Shown piece by piece: positions 1-9,190 of a stretch of DNA of 64,000 nucleotides. A program made the translations under genes and the position numbers. The notes under the pieces are model-generated. The model searched no databases and was not told the DNA's origin. It worked only from the letters and a program-made list of their open reading frames with translations. Source of the DNA: Nitrososphaerota archaeon (GTDB taxonomy: Archaea; Thermoproteota; Nitrososphaeria_A; Caldarchaeales; Caldarchaeaceae); assembly GCA_041641305.1 (NCBI GenBank), contig JBEPYN010000001.1, forward strand, positions 192,001 through 256,000, given 5' to 3'. Numbering within the stretch: the first letter of the stretch is position 1; each line of letters starts with the position of its first letter.

Positions 1-1367
1 ACCCAGGCAACCGCCATTATTCTTCCAACGGCATGGAAAACAGCCATGAGACCAAGAATTACAAACATACCAGCCACCTCAAAAATGGCCGGAAGCGGGA
101 ACTCACGTCCGCCCACATGTATGCAGAGGGGCATGTGCCAGGGAGTGTAGACGGTTTTCTCAAGTTTTTGTAGCCTGAAGTAGGAGAGGCCGAGGATGAG
201 GTAGCTGATGACGGCTGAGAAGGCGTAGACGCTTGCGAGGAAAGTGATGTCGCCGAGAAAGGCGAGTCCTACCCCTATTGCTCCAAAGATTAGGATGGTT
301 CTGACAGGGGTTCTGAACCTTGGATGAATGGCCTGCAGCCATGAAGGCATCAGCATGAACCTCGCCATGCTGGCTGTTAGTCGGGAGACGCCGACAACGC
401 CTGTGTTGGATGAGGAGTAGCAGAGGATGAAGGCGGCTAATGCGACGAGAGGCATTAGGATTTCTCCGACGTATGGGTATGTGCTTACGAGGGTGTAGAT
501 TGGGTTTTCATAGGCTTCGGCTATTATCCGCCAGTCGGTCGCCCCCGTCGCCAGAACGGGAAACGCTATAGCTGAGACGGCTACGACGAGGACAACCATT
601 TTCGCAGCCTTCGGCAGGGAGATGTGGGGTCTACGGGTTTCCTCAGCCGCCTGTGAGATGGACTCGATGCCAACGAAAGAAGCCATTGCAAGTGTTATGG
701 CGTAGAGAAAGTTGTTCATCTCGACGGGGAGAATCGGTACATACGCCACGTCACGTTGTAGGACTGGGCTGCCGAACTCCGTCACCTGACGTAGAAACAG
801 CGAAAGGTCGAACTTGAGAAGAAAACCCGCTCCGAGAATAAGTGCTTCGATAAACAGCCCCACGAAAACAAGGGCGGATACCATGAAAGCCGAGTACTTG
901 ATGCCGACAACGTTTATCACGATGAGGAGGAAGGCGAGCAACCCCGCCAACACACCTATAGAGGGCAGAGTTAGATCAAGCACGGTCACGTCGGGAAACA
1001 TTAGGACGGGGAGAAGTTGTCTGAGGTAGCCTGCGGCGGCTACCGCGAAGAGCGATATGCAGATGACGTAGGCGAGGAGCATGGCCCAGCCTGCTATGAA
1101 GCTCGCCACGGTGTTGAACGCCTTCAACGCATAGACGTGAACACCTCCCGAGTGTGGATACGTGGGGCCCAGCTCTGCATACATCAACCCCACAGTTGCA
1201 TACAGCAGGGCTGCTATGGCGAAGGCTACCGGAGCCGCTCCGCCCGCGTAGAGAGTTATCACGCCCAGAGCTATGAAAATGTTGGGGCCTACGTCGCCGT
1301 ATCCGAGGGCGAAGGAGCCGAACCAGCCAATCTCCCGCCTGTAACTCACCTGACCTGCCTTAGACAA
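1..1367 (-). CDS. APC-family amino acid permease (3' end runs off the window)
   Basis: Not in ORF track. Manual translation from TTG at 1367: MSKAGQVSYRREIGWFGSFALGYGDVGPNIF...YAELGPTYPHSGG, typical APC TM1-TM2 motifs; the same frame still reads as hydrophobic sequence at positions 3-59. Confidence 0.88.
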   Translation of the reverse strand, partial: MSKAGQVSYRREIGWFGSFALGYGDVGPNIFIALGVITLYAGGAAPVAFAIAALLYATVGLMYAELGPTYPHSGGVHVYALKAFNTVASFIAGWAMLLAYVICISLFAVAAAGYLRQLLPVLMFPDVTVLDLTLPSIGVLAGLLAFLLIVINVVGIKYSAFMVSALVFVGLFIEALILGAGFLLKFDLSLFLRQVTEFGSPVLQRDVAYVPILPVEMNNFLYAITLAMASFVGIESISQAAEETRRPHISLPKAAKMVVLVVAVSAIAFPVLATGATDWRIIAEAYENPIYTLVSTYPYVGEILMPLVALAAFILCYSSSNTGVVGVSRLTASMARFMLMPSWLQAIHPRFRTPVRTILIFGAIGVGLAFLGDITFLASVYAFSAVISYLILGLSYFRLQKLEKTVYTPWHMPLCIHVGGREFPLPAIFEVAGMFVILGLMAVFHAVGRIMAVAW

Positions 1368-1376
1368 TCAGCTCGC

Positions 1377-1931
1377 CTATTGATGGTTCCCGGAAAGCGT
1401 TAATATAAAGCAGAAAACCGTTTCAAAAAAAGACTTTAAACTCTGTTTATAAACCAGCCTAAAACCTTTCAGAGAAGCTTTTGTGAGAAGCTCGTCGACA
1501 GCTGACAGGGATGAGGTGGTCAGGATAAGGATGCCGTGTCTGCGCAGGGTTTTGGAGGCGTGCTCCATGATTTGCTCAGCCAATTCCACTCCACGGGGGC
1601 CACCATGTATGGTAGGGTCGTGGAAAGCTTCTTCATCGGGTAGGTAGGGTGGGTTGGCGACGACCATGTCTAATATGCGTGGCCTAATTGGGAGGAGTGA
1701 GGCGTTGAGGAGATGAAGCCGGGGTTTGAGGTCTGCGAGTTTCTCGGCGGCAAGCTCGAGGGCGTGTGGGTCGATGTCTATCCCGATGACGTCATCCGAC
1801 TTTTCGGCAACAGCCTTCAGCACCTCACCGACCCCGCATCCAACCTCAGCCGCCAAATGAACATGGGATGCCTGGGCTACGCAGTCGATTGTTAGAAAAG
1901 TGTCTTCACGTGGGGTGTAGGGCTCTGTCAT
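1377..1931 (-). CDS. HemK2/PrmC-type N5-glutamine methyltransferase
   Basis: YTPREDT N-terminus, EVGCGVG SAM motif, NPPY motif; start moved to ATG 1931, which overlaps the asnS stop (ATGA). Confidence 0.88.
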   Translation of the reverse strand: MTEPYTPREDTFLTIDCVAQASHVHLAAEVGCGVGEVLKAVAEKSDDVIGIDIDPHALELAAEKLADLKPRLHLLNASLLPIRPRILDMVVANPPYLPDEEAFHDPTIHGGPRGVELAEQIMEHASKTLRRHGILILTTSSLSAVDELLTKASLKGFRLVYKQSLKSFFETVFCFILTLSGNHQ

Positions 1932-3217
1932 GGATAGGTACGGGTCATGGTTCTCGGAAACATGACGGCTGAGCGGATGTTCTTCAGCCCGAGAAGCCAC
2001 TGGACAAGCCTCTCCACACCCAGCCCAAACCCGCTATGGGGAATGCTTCCATACTTCCTCAGGTCAAGATACCACTTGTAATCAGCCGGCTCCAACCCCT
2101 CCTCCACAATCCTCTCAAGCAGCTGCTGATAATCGTGTATTCTTTGGCCGCTGCCGACTATTTCGCCGTAGCCCTCGGGGGCGAGCAGGTCTGCTGAAAG
2201 AGTTAGCTCGGGGTTTGCGGGGTCGGGCATGTGATAGAAGGCCTTTGCTTTTCGGGGGAAGTGGGTGACGAAGAAGGGTTTGTCGAACTCCATGGTGAGG
2301 ATTTTCTCCTCATCGGCCCCTAGGTCAGCCCCCCACTCCAGCTGGACACCTTTTGAGGCAAGGATGTCAAGCGCCTCGGAGTATTTTATACGGTGGTATG
2401 GTGGCTCAACCGATTTCGGCGACCTCTCACGCCCCAGCAGCTTCAACACTTCCCGGGAATTCTCCAAAGCCTCGGCGCTCGCCTCGCCCACCAGCCTCTC
2501 AACAACCTTCATCAAGTCATCCAACCCGGCGAAAGCCATCTCACCCTCTACATGCCAAAACTCCGTCAAATGCCGACGAGTCTTGCTCCTCTCAGCCCGG
2601 AAACTAGGCTGAATACTGTAAACCTTCCCAAGCGAATAGATCGCAGCCTCCTGGTAAAACTGGACACTCTGTGTCAGGTACACTTTTTTCCCGAAGTAAT
2701 TCACCTCGAAGAGGGTGGCGCCACCCTCGACGGCTGCTGTAATGAATGTGGGGCAGTTTACCTCCACGAAGCTCTCTCTTTCAAACCAGTTTCGTATGCT
2801 TTTGAGAAGGTTTGAGCGGAACCTTAGAATGGCCGCTGCCTTAGGGCTGCGTATGGCCAGGTGCCTGTGGTCGCTGAGGAAACGTGGGCCAACACCCTTC
2901 TTGATGGGAAATTCCTCTATAGAAGCCGAAATTACATCAACTTTTTTCGCCCTAACCTCTGCTCCGCTGGGAGCCCTCGGGTCGTGAACAACCACACCCG
3001 AGACAACAATAGCAGACTCTCTTCCAGCGGATGACACGGCTTGGAAATCTGCTTCAGACACCTCAGATACCTTCAGAGTAACTTGGACAACACCCGTCCC
3101 ATCCCTCAAGTCGATGAACATCAACCGACCGTGATGCCTCTTGGAACGTATCCAGCCCCGCAGCTCCACATGGGAGCCGTCGGGAAGACTGTTTACACGC
3201 CCGCAGTCAGCCAACAT
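1928..3217 (-). CDS. asnS: Asparagine--tRNA ligase
   Basis: OB-fold (FIDLRDGTG), EGGATLF, YLTQS, FRAERSKTRRHLTEFWHVE, PHSGFGLGVER class IIb motifs. Confidence 0.9.
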   Translation of the reverse strand: MLADCGRVNSLPDGSHVELRGWIRSKRHHGRLMFIDLRDGTGVVQVTLKVSEVSEADFQAVSSAGRESAIVVSGVVVHDPRAPSGAEVRAKKVDVISASIEEFPIKKGVGPRFLSDHRHLAIRSPKAAAILRFRSNLLKSIRNWFERESFVEVNCPTFITAAVEGGATLFEVNYFGKKVYLTQSVQFYQEAAIYSLGKVYSIQPSFRAERSKTRRHLTEFWHVEGEMAFAGLDDLMKVVERLVGEASAEALENSREVLKLLGRERSPKSVEPPYHRIKYSEALDILASKGVQLEWGADLGADEEKILTMEFDKPFFVTHFPRKAKAFYHMPDPANPELTLSADLLAPEGYGEIVGSGQRIHDYQQLLERIVEEGLEPADYKWYLDLRKYGSIPHSGFGLGVERLVQWLLGLKNIRSAVMFPRTMTRTYP

Positions 3218-3250
3218 CCCTGTCGTAAAAGGAATATGCCGTATATAGAG

Positions 3251-3574
3251 CTACATTATCAAGGTTCCTTCCGCCACCTCGTTCTCAGGAACCACCGGCA
3301 CAATCTTCTTTTCGCTCTCCACAGCCGTCAACAACATAGCTTCCGAGACCTCCCCCCGGATTTTGCGGGTTTCGAGGTTGGTGACGAAGACGAACAAACG
3401 TCCTATGAAGTGGTCGGGGCTATAGTACTCCGCCAACCCCGTCAAGACCTGTTTCTCAGCGTCGCCGAAGCTCACCCTCAGCTTGAGCAACTTATCAGAG
3501 CCCTTCAGCCTCTCAGCGTGCACAACCCTGCCAACCCTCATCTCAACCCGCTTAAACTCATTTATCGAAATCAT
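3251..3574 (-). CDS. Stand-alone tRNA-binding OB domain (Trbp111/CsaA/MetRS C-terminal-like)
   Basis: MISINEFKRVEMRVGRV...SDKLLKL...NLETRKIRGEVSEAMLL; start set at ATG 3574. Confidence 0.88.
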   Translation of the reverse strand: MISINEFKRVEMRVGRVVHAERLKGSDKLLKLRVSFGDAEKQVLTGLAEYYSPDHFIGRLFVFVTNLETRKIRGEVSEAMLLTAVESEKKIVPVVPENEVAEGTLIM

Positions 3575-3635
3575 GGCCGATACACCCGTTAACGCATCAA
3601 AAATAGTTATGCACAAGAGTTTTCTACAAATTTTT

Positions 3636-3651
3636 CAGAAAATTTTTTAAA
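3636..3651 (+). promoter_or_regulatory. Putative BRE/TATA promoter of the small basic gene at 3681
   Basis: CAGAAAA followed by TTTTTTAAA, about 30 nt upstream of ATG 3681. Confidence 0.55.
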
Positions 3652-3680
3652 CATGCAAAACATGAAAAACATGAGCAAAA

Positions 3681-3809
3681 ATGGCGAAAGCAAAAAAGAA
3701 AGCAGCAAGGAAGGGAGGTAAGAAAAAGAAGACAACAAGACGCAAGAGAGCTAAGGCCGCTAAACCAGCGGCCGCAGCCGCAGGTGAAGCCGTAGCAGCA
3801 AGCGGCTAA
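3681..3809 (+). CDS. 42-aa Lys/Ala-rich histone H1-tail-like small basic protein (not in ORF track)
   Basis: Manual translation MAKAKKKAARKGGKKKKTTRRKRAKAAKPAAAAAGEAVAASG*; fills an otherwise empty intergenic gap, has a TATA box upstream and a T-rich tract downstream. Confidence 0.75.
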   Translation: MAKAKKKAARKGGKKKKTTRRKRAKAAKPAAAAAGEAVAASG

Positions 3810-3818
3810 AAATTCAAC

Positions 3819-3836
3819 CTTCTTCTTTTATTTATT
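3819..3836 (+). terminator. Putative archaeal T-rich terminator
   Basis: CTTCTTCTTTTATTTATT just after the 3681-3809 stop codon. Confidence 0.4.
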
Positions 3837-4407
3837 CCTCTTCGCTCCACTCCCAAAACCGCCTCGGTCTGTTAACATGGTAAACCTGTCTCCTAGGCTT
3901 CATCGCTTCTATGAACGCGGCTGAGAAGAAGGAGGAGAACATGGGGAGTAGGAATAGCAGGGCAAAGTCAAGTGGACCATCAAGTATGATCTGTTTAGCG
4001 AGCGCGGTTAGATAAACTTCCCAGCTGATCGCTCCGGGGACGCGGGGGAGCACGTAGATGGACAGCCCTAAGACCAGCAGATATGTAAGGGTTGATGCAA
4101 CCAGCGGAGGAATAACCGCCTCTCTCGACCTTCTGGTAACCAGGGCGACGGCGAACCCTGCGAGAATCCAGGTAACCAGAGGCCATATACCTAGGTAGAT
4201 TGTTGTCCCTGTCGGCGGCATGACTGTTGACCCGCCGAGGGCTGATGAGAGCGGTGTAACAACTGCGGCAAGTGCAGTCAGCATAACTGCTAGGACAGCT
4301 GTCTGGAACCCAAGTGGTGGAATGTTTTCGAGGGCGGGTCTAGCCAAAACCCCTCCTAAAATCAGCAAGACGGCCAGTGCTGACAGAGTTGCTGCTAAGC
4401 CTTTCAC
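3832..4407 (-). CDS. Hypothetical multi-pass membrane protein
   Basis: About 5 hydrophobic segments, charged C-terminal tail. Confidence 0.75.
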   Translation of the reverse strand: MKGLAATLSALAVLLILGGVLARPALENIPPLGFQTAVLAVMLTALAAVVTPLSSALGGSTVMPPTGTTIYLGIWPLVTWILAGFAVALVTRRSREAVIPPLVASTLTYLLVLGLSIYVLPRVPGAISWEVYLTALAKQIILDGPLDFALLFLLPMFSSFFSAAFIEAMKPRRQVYHVNRPRRFWEWSEEE

Positions 4408-4472
4408 GGAGACGGGGCTGGAGGTGGGTGATATAAGGGTTTGTAGCCTCTTTTGATCCTGTGTAACCTTGG

Positions 4473-6062
4473 TTAATACAGATGTGTTCCGCTGGGATTA
4501 CGTTGGTTGTTGTATATTTTCTCGAGGTCGGATAACGTATTGGCCTCCTCGGGTTTCTTGTCCGTTCTTACCGCTTTTATCCGTGCAAATCGAAGGGCGT
4601 ATCCGCTGGTGTAGCTGGGGCTCCGCTGAACCTCGTTAAACTCTATCTCTACAACTATCCTCGGCTCGACAACCACCCCCCATTCTTCATGAGACTTCGC
4701 TATACCGAGAAGTAGGTGGGTCATTTTGCGGAATTCGTCGTCGGTCAACCCTTTGAAAGTTTTCCCGACTGGTGCGAATCCTCCACCTCTGTCATCTAAC
4801 ACCGCCAGATGGTAGTTGCTTAGCCAGCCTCTTCTCCTGCCATGTCCCCATTCAGCTGCCACAACGACAACATCGAGGGTGAATGCTTTCTTCATCTTCA
4901 GCCAGTATCCGCCTCTTCTACCCGGTGTATAGGGGCTGTCAGGGGACTTGGCCATAACCCCCTCATAGCCAACGGATGTCCACTGCTCCAACGCTTTGCG
5001 CACATCCTCTTCATCACCGGACACAATCAGAGGGTTAACCAGCCTCTGGTCAACCGTTTCCTCGAGCCGTTTTCTCCTGCTATGGAGAGGGGTGTTCCAA
5101 AGGTCTTCTCCGTTGAGATGGATTATGTCGAAGAACTTGATGCTTAGAACCAGCTGCTTAAGAGCCTCTTCAACGTTTTTCTCCCTTCCTATCCGCCGCA
5201 TAGTCTCCTGAAAAGGCGTCGCCCTACCGTTTTCGTCGACGCAGTATCCTTCGCCGTCGAGAATACAGCTTTCCGCATTTACGGCCTGACGCACGTTTTC
5301 CACGATATCAGGAACCGATTCTGTGACGTCCTTCAAGCCCCTCGTATAGACTTTGACGGCACCATCTCTGACGTGGACCTGAAGCCTGACGCCGTCGATT
5401 TTCGGCTCCAGATATACCTTCGGCCCCAGTTTCTCGAAGATTTCTCCAAGGCTGTATGCGTATTCTGCCAGCATGGGTTTGACGGGGGAAAAGAGCTGGA
5501 GCCTTGTCTCCTTTAGCCTGTTTTTGATGGCGTTTTTTACAAGGATATCGAGCCTACCCAACGCCATCTCAGCGGTTTTGACATCGTCAAGCGGCTTGTT
5601 CAGATACTTTGAAAGCGATTCAACGAGTATCCCTACGCTTGCCCCGTGCCTCATCTCGCCCATGAGGATGCGGGTGAGCCATTTCCGCTCTTTCTCATCG
5701 GCTCTGTTAAGGAGGCTTGATAGAAGGGCTTTCCTCGCCTCGGTGACGCCTTTGCCCGAGAGAGACGCGGCTTTCTCGATGCTTTCCCAGACCTCGGATA
5801 CGGTGAGAGGCGTGGGCGATGTGAGAACCGACTGCTGCTCCCTCAAGGCTTTCATAAGTGTGGCTGGCCCGATGTTGATACCTAGCTTCCTGACTCCTGA
5901 TGATAGGCCGACGAGGAGGTTGGCCGCCGCGGCCGCTTCATCCGCCTCCTCTGGACTGAATTTCCCGAGAAAGTCCGCGATGAGCGATATCTTCTCTTTT
6001 CTGGATGAGGTGGACTCGAGTTTTTCGCAGAGGTCGGCGAGCTCGCTGAACAGTCTCGGCAT
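4473..6062 (-). CDS. lig: ATP-dependent DNA ligase
   Basis: KPMLA, EPKIDG adenylation motif, EGVMAK, WLKMK, ALRFARI. Confidence 0.95.
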   Translation of the reverse strand: MPRLFSELADLCEKLESTSSRKEKISLIADFLGKFSPEEADEAAAAANLLVGLSSGVRKLGINIGPATLMKALREQQSVLTSPTPLTVSEVWESIEKAASLSGKGVTEARKALLSSLLNRADEKERKWLTRILMGEMRHGASVGILVESLSKYLNKPLDDVKTAEMALGRLDILVKNAIKNRLKETRLQLFSPVKPMLAEYAYSLGEIFEKLGPKVYLEPKIDGVRLQVHVRDGAVKVYTRGLKDVTESVPDIVENVRQAVNAESCILDGEGYCVDENGRATPFQETMRRIGREKNVEEALKQLVLSIKFFDIIHLNGEDLWNTPLHSRRKRLEETVDQRLVNPLIVSGDEEDVRKALEQWTSVGYEGVMAKSPDSPYTPGRRGGYWLKMKKAFTLDVVVVAAEWGHGRRRGWLSNYHLAVLDDRGGGFAPVGKTFKGLTDDEFRKMTHLLLGIAKSHEEWGVVVEPRIVVEIEFNEVQRSPSYTSGYALRFARIKAVRTDKKPEEANTLSDLEKIYNNQRNPSGTHLY

Positions 6063-6065
6063 GCT

Positions 6066-6491
6066 CTACTCGACTGACACCTTTACACCACGTGGTTTAG
6101 CTACCTCGGCCTTTATGAACAAAAGCCCCGAGTCATACTTTGCCTCCACTTTCGAGGGGTCTATGGCTCTGGGGAGTCGCAACACTCTGCGGACACCTTT
6201 GCCACGTGCGAATGGAGGCAGTCGGCCGAACTCTGGATACGGCGGTGAAACATAATCGGCTGAAACCGTTATTTGGTTTTCTTCAGCGGTCAACTCGATT
6301 TTATCCCGTGGACATCCAGGAACCTCTACCACGGCGTATAAACGATCTCCGACATAGGTGTATGAGACGCCTTCGCCCCGTATGAGAGGTTCGAAGCCGG
6401 CCGCCAGCTGGTCAACGGCCTCCCTTAAACGGCTCTCGACATCAGCCCTAATCCTGTTGAAAAACTCATCCCAATCAACACCGGTGCTCAT
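6066..6491 (-). CDS. Hsp20/alpha-crystallin small heat-shock protein
   Basis: VEVPGC..DKIEL, LRLPRAIDPSKVEAKYDSGLLFI. Confidence 0.9.
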   Translation of the reverse strand: MSTGVDWDEFFNRIRADVESRLREAVDQLAAGFEPLIRGEGVSYTYVGDRLYAVVEVPGCPRDKIELTAEENQITVSADYVSPPYPEFGRLPPFARGKGVRRVLRLPRAIDPSKVEAKYDSGLLFIKAEVAKPRGVKVSVE

Positions 6492-6563
6492 ACTTGGATA
6501 ATGTGTTGCTTTGAATATAAGTTTGGGAAACTATAAAAACAGGATGCCTAAAAAGCCGTCGAA

Positions 6564-7319
6564 TTGGGCAAGTGCGCGGTCTGCGGGACTGAGGAGCTTT
6601 TACCATTCACATGCAAATATTGCGGGCAAAACTTCTGCCCCGAGCATCGACTGCCGGAAAACCATGCATGTGGGGGTATTACGCTGGCCCGGAGACCGGA
6701 AGAAATCAGGATACGGCCTTTTTGGAGAACCGAATATGTGAGACGTTTTCGGGCCCCTCTCTTCACAAGGGAGGAGCTTATTCATCTTCTCGTGGCGACG
6801 GTTGTTGTTGTCCTCGCTGGTGTGAGCCTGCTCGGGTTCTTTTTTGCGCCCACGGTTTCTTACGCCGCTCTCTTGATCGGGTTCGCGGCCTCTTTCCTCG
6901 GACATGAGCTTGCACACAAGCTCGTCGCGATGCGCAAGGGTTTCGGCGCAGAGTTCAAGGTTTATCTCGCGGGTCTCCTCGTTACGGTTTTGACCGCGGT
7001 TCTGCCTATTCCGTTCAAGGTGATTATGCCGGGGGCTGTGGTTATACGTGGTCTCCAGAGTTTGCGGGATGTGGGGCATGTGGCGGTCGCAGGGCCCCTG
7101 TTCAACATGGTTGTCGCCGCTGTTACACTCGCAGTTGGAAGGCTTCTGGGTAGCGGTGTTCTAAGCGCCATCGCTTCACTCAACGCATTCCTAATGTTTT
7201 TCAACATGCTTCCCATAATGCCGCTTGACGGAGAAAAAGTGTTCATCTGGAGCAGGAAAGTGTGGTTGATTGTTTTTGTTTTATCTCTTGTTCTGTTAAC
7301 TCTGGTGCGTCTTCTATAG
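6564..7319 (+). CDS. AN1-type zinc finger fused to M50 (site-2) intramembrane metalloprotease
   Basis: CAVC...FTCKYCGQNFCPEHRLPENHAC; HELAH, VAGPLFN, NMLPIMPLDG. Confidence 0.9.
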   Translation: MGKCAVCGTEELLPFTCKYCGQNFCPEHRLPENHACGGITLARRPEEIRIRPFWRTEYVRRFRAPLFTREELIHLLVATVVVVLAGVSLLGFFFAPTVSYAALLIGFAASFLGHELAHKLVAMRKGFGAEFKVYLAGLLVTVLTAVLPIPFKVIMPGAVVIRGLQSLRDVGHVAVAGPLFNMVVAAVTLAVGRLLGSGVLSAIASLNAFLMFFNMLPIMPLDGEKVFIWSRKVWLIVFVLSLVLLTLVRLL

Positions 7320-8069
7320 CAGCGGGGAAAGCAGCATCCACAGCCCAATCGCCGAGAAGCCTAAAACAATCGCTGCTCTCAGCTGTCTATCGGATAACCC
7401 TAACTGTATCCTGCTGCCGACAAATCCTCCCAACAAGCCTCCCGCAAAAGCGGCGCCATATATTCCTGGGTAAAAACTGCCCTGAAGAAGGTATGTCGCA
7501 AGGCCTGTGGCTGAGGTGAAGCCTGTGAGAAACTGGCTGACGGCCACAGCCTCCCTTGGGCTCATGTTGGACCAGAGGATGAAGCTCGGAACCATTAACA
7601 TGCCTCCACCGACACCCAGCAGAGATGAGACGAAGCCGGCGACTACCACGACCAACACCCTCCCACCAATTCCCACAACATGGTCTCGGCCTTGGTTTCC
7701 CCTAATTTTCAGCATCAGAAGAGTTGAGCCTATTAGGAATATTCCGAAAACGATTTTGAAGACAGGTTCCTGGAGACGAAGGGAGGTGAGTGCTCCGAGG
7801 ATCGATAACGCTATTGCTGGGAGAACAAGCCAGTGGTTTGGCCTTATTTTGAAGGCGTTTTTCCTAACCCTCGTCAGGGTTGCTGAAAAGGCGTTGGACA
7901 GGACGAGTGATAGGCTCGCCGGGACAGCTACAAACGGCCGAAGCCCCATGGCCCCTACAGAAACAGGCACAAAGATGAAGCCGCCGCCGACACCAAGCAT
8001 AGAACCTACCAAGGCTGAGAAAAAAGCCAAAACAACCACAGTAGCTTCGGCGGCAAAAATCATAAGCAA
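7314..8069 (-). CDS. TauE/SafE (TSUP) family permease
   Basis: Duplicated GxxGVGGG.(F/M)..VP motif, about 8 TM segments. Confidence 0.88.
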   Translation of the reverse strand: MLMIFAAEATVVVLAFFSALVGSMLGVGGGFIFVPVSVGAMGLRPFVAVPASLSLVLSNAFSATLTRVRKNAFKIRPNHWLVLPAIALSILGALTSLRLQEPVFKIVFGIFLIGSTLLMLKIRGNQGRDHVVGIGGRVLVVVVAGFVSSLLGVGGGMLMVPSFILWSNMSPREAVAVSQFLTGFTSATGLATYLLQGSFYPGIYGAAFAGGLLGGFVGSRIQLGLSDRQLRAAIVLGFSAIGLWMLLSPLL

Positions 8070-8106
8070 ACATCTTATTTTATCGTGTTTTTAATAAATC
8101 TGAGCC

Positions 8107-8439
8107 ATGAAGCGGCGAAAACAACCTGTTAAAGAGGTAACCCGGACAAGAGTTGAGAGAACAAGGTTATACAGGTACAGGGTCACTTTGCTTGAGGAGC
8201 CTCCCGAAACTCTGGACGGCTTCAAGCTATTCGGTATCGAGGTTAAGCTTGGAAAAGGGAGACATGTTGATTTCCCACCGGACAAGAGGGTTCTCGACGT
8301 GGAGACCACTCAGGAGCCTCTGCCCATGGATGTTGAGGTCAACGCTAAGTATCAGAGGGTCGATAACAGGGCCACGATAGTTAGACGCCGGTCTCTGCTT
8401 TTCAACATGGAGAAGCTGGGTACGGTTACTTCGCCTTAA
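8107..8439 (+). CDS. Hypothetical protein
   Basis: 110-aa ORF filling the gap between the TSUP gene and eIF2a; no family recognised. Confidence 0.6.
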   Translation: MKRRKQPVKEVTRTRVERTRLYRYRVTLLEEPPETLDGFKLFGIEVKLGKGRHVDFPPDKRVLDVETTQEPLPMDVEVNAKYQRVDNRATIVRRRSLLFNMEKLGTVTSP

Positions 8440-9190
8440 CTTCGGCGACGCCGCCGTACCTCTTCAACACTTCCCCGCATTTTTCTACAACCTTCTCCAA
8501 AAGCTCCTCAGTTCTCTCACGATTCGACGCTTTGATATGTACGCTGTACACCGGCGCCCCCTTGGTTTTTATCTCAATCAACTCCCCCGGTCTGGCTAGC
8601 TGCTCAGCCGCGGCCGCAGCCTCGCGGATAGCCATAACACCGTTCCGCGCCTCAGAACGCATGACTATGTCTGCCTTGATTTCATGCTCCCGCACACGGA
8701 TTTCATGCTCCACAGCCCGCCTAAGCTCCTCCGCCTCCTTATCATCAAGTTCGGGGAAAAACTGGTTGACGGGCTGGTCAGCGGAAATCTGCTCAAAAAT
8801 CTCATACAGCACGTTTGCATCACGTGTTTTTGTGTAAATTTTCTCTACTGCCTGAGGACCTGCTGTTTCTTCCAGAATTTTTAGAACACGCTTGACCTTT
8901 GAAGCTTTCTTCACCTCAAGCAGTTTCTCCATTCTTTCGCGTTGAGATACTCTTCTGATGGATAGGTCTGCCTGCAAAGTCGCCGGGTTAACACGTATGA
9001 TCTTGAAAACGGTGCGCTGCCCCTCCTTGAGGTGTTCACGGATGTTGCGAACCCACTTCAGCGAAACCTCCGAGACGTGGACAAACCCCTCATAGCCCGG
9101 GTATTCATCAATCTCTATGTAGGCTCCGTAGTCCTTGACTTCTTTGACGAGGCCTATGACCAGCTCCCCTACTTGGGGGACATTACTCAA
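8426..9190 (-). CDS. eif2a: Translation initiation factor 2 alpha subunit
   Basis: S1 domain PQVGELVIG..GFVHVSEVS..WVRNIR, GAPVY; probable TTG start at 9190 overlapping the rps27e stop. Confidence 0.93.
   Translation of the reverse strand: MSNVPQVGELVIGLVKEVKDYGAYIEIDEYPGYEGFVHVSEVSLKWVRNIREHLKEGQRTVFKIIRVNPATLQADLSIRRVSQRERMEKLLEVKKASKVKRVLKILEETAGPQAVEKIYTKTRDANVLYEIFEQISADQPVNQFFPELDDKEAEELRRAVEHEIRVREHEIKADIVMRSEARNGVMAIREAAAAAEQLARPGELIEIKTKGAPVYSVHIKASNRERTEELLEKVVEKCGEVLKRYGGVAEVKAK

Noticed and set aside
5473-6255. Long antisense ORFs (for example 5473-6255, 7507-8094, 10796-11557)
   Set aside because: Shadow frames opposite strongly supported genes; no family motifs.
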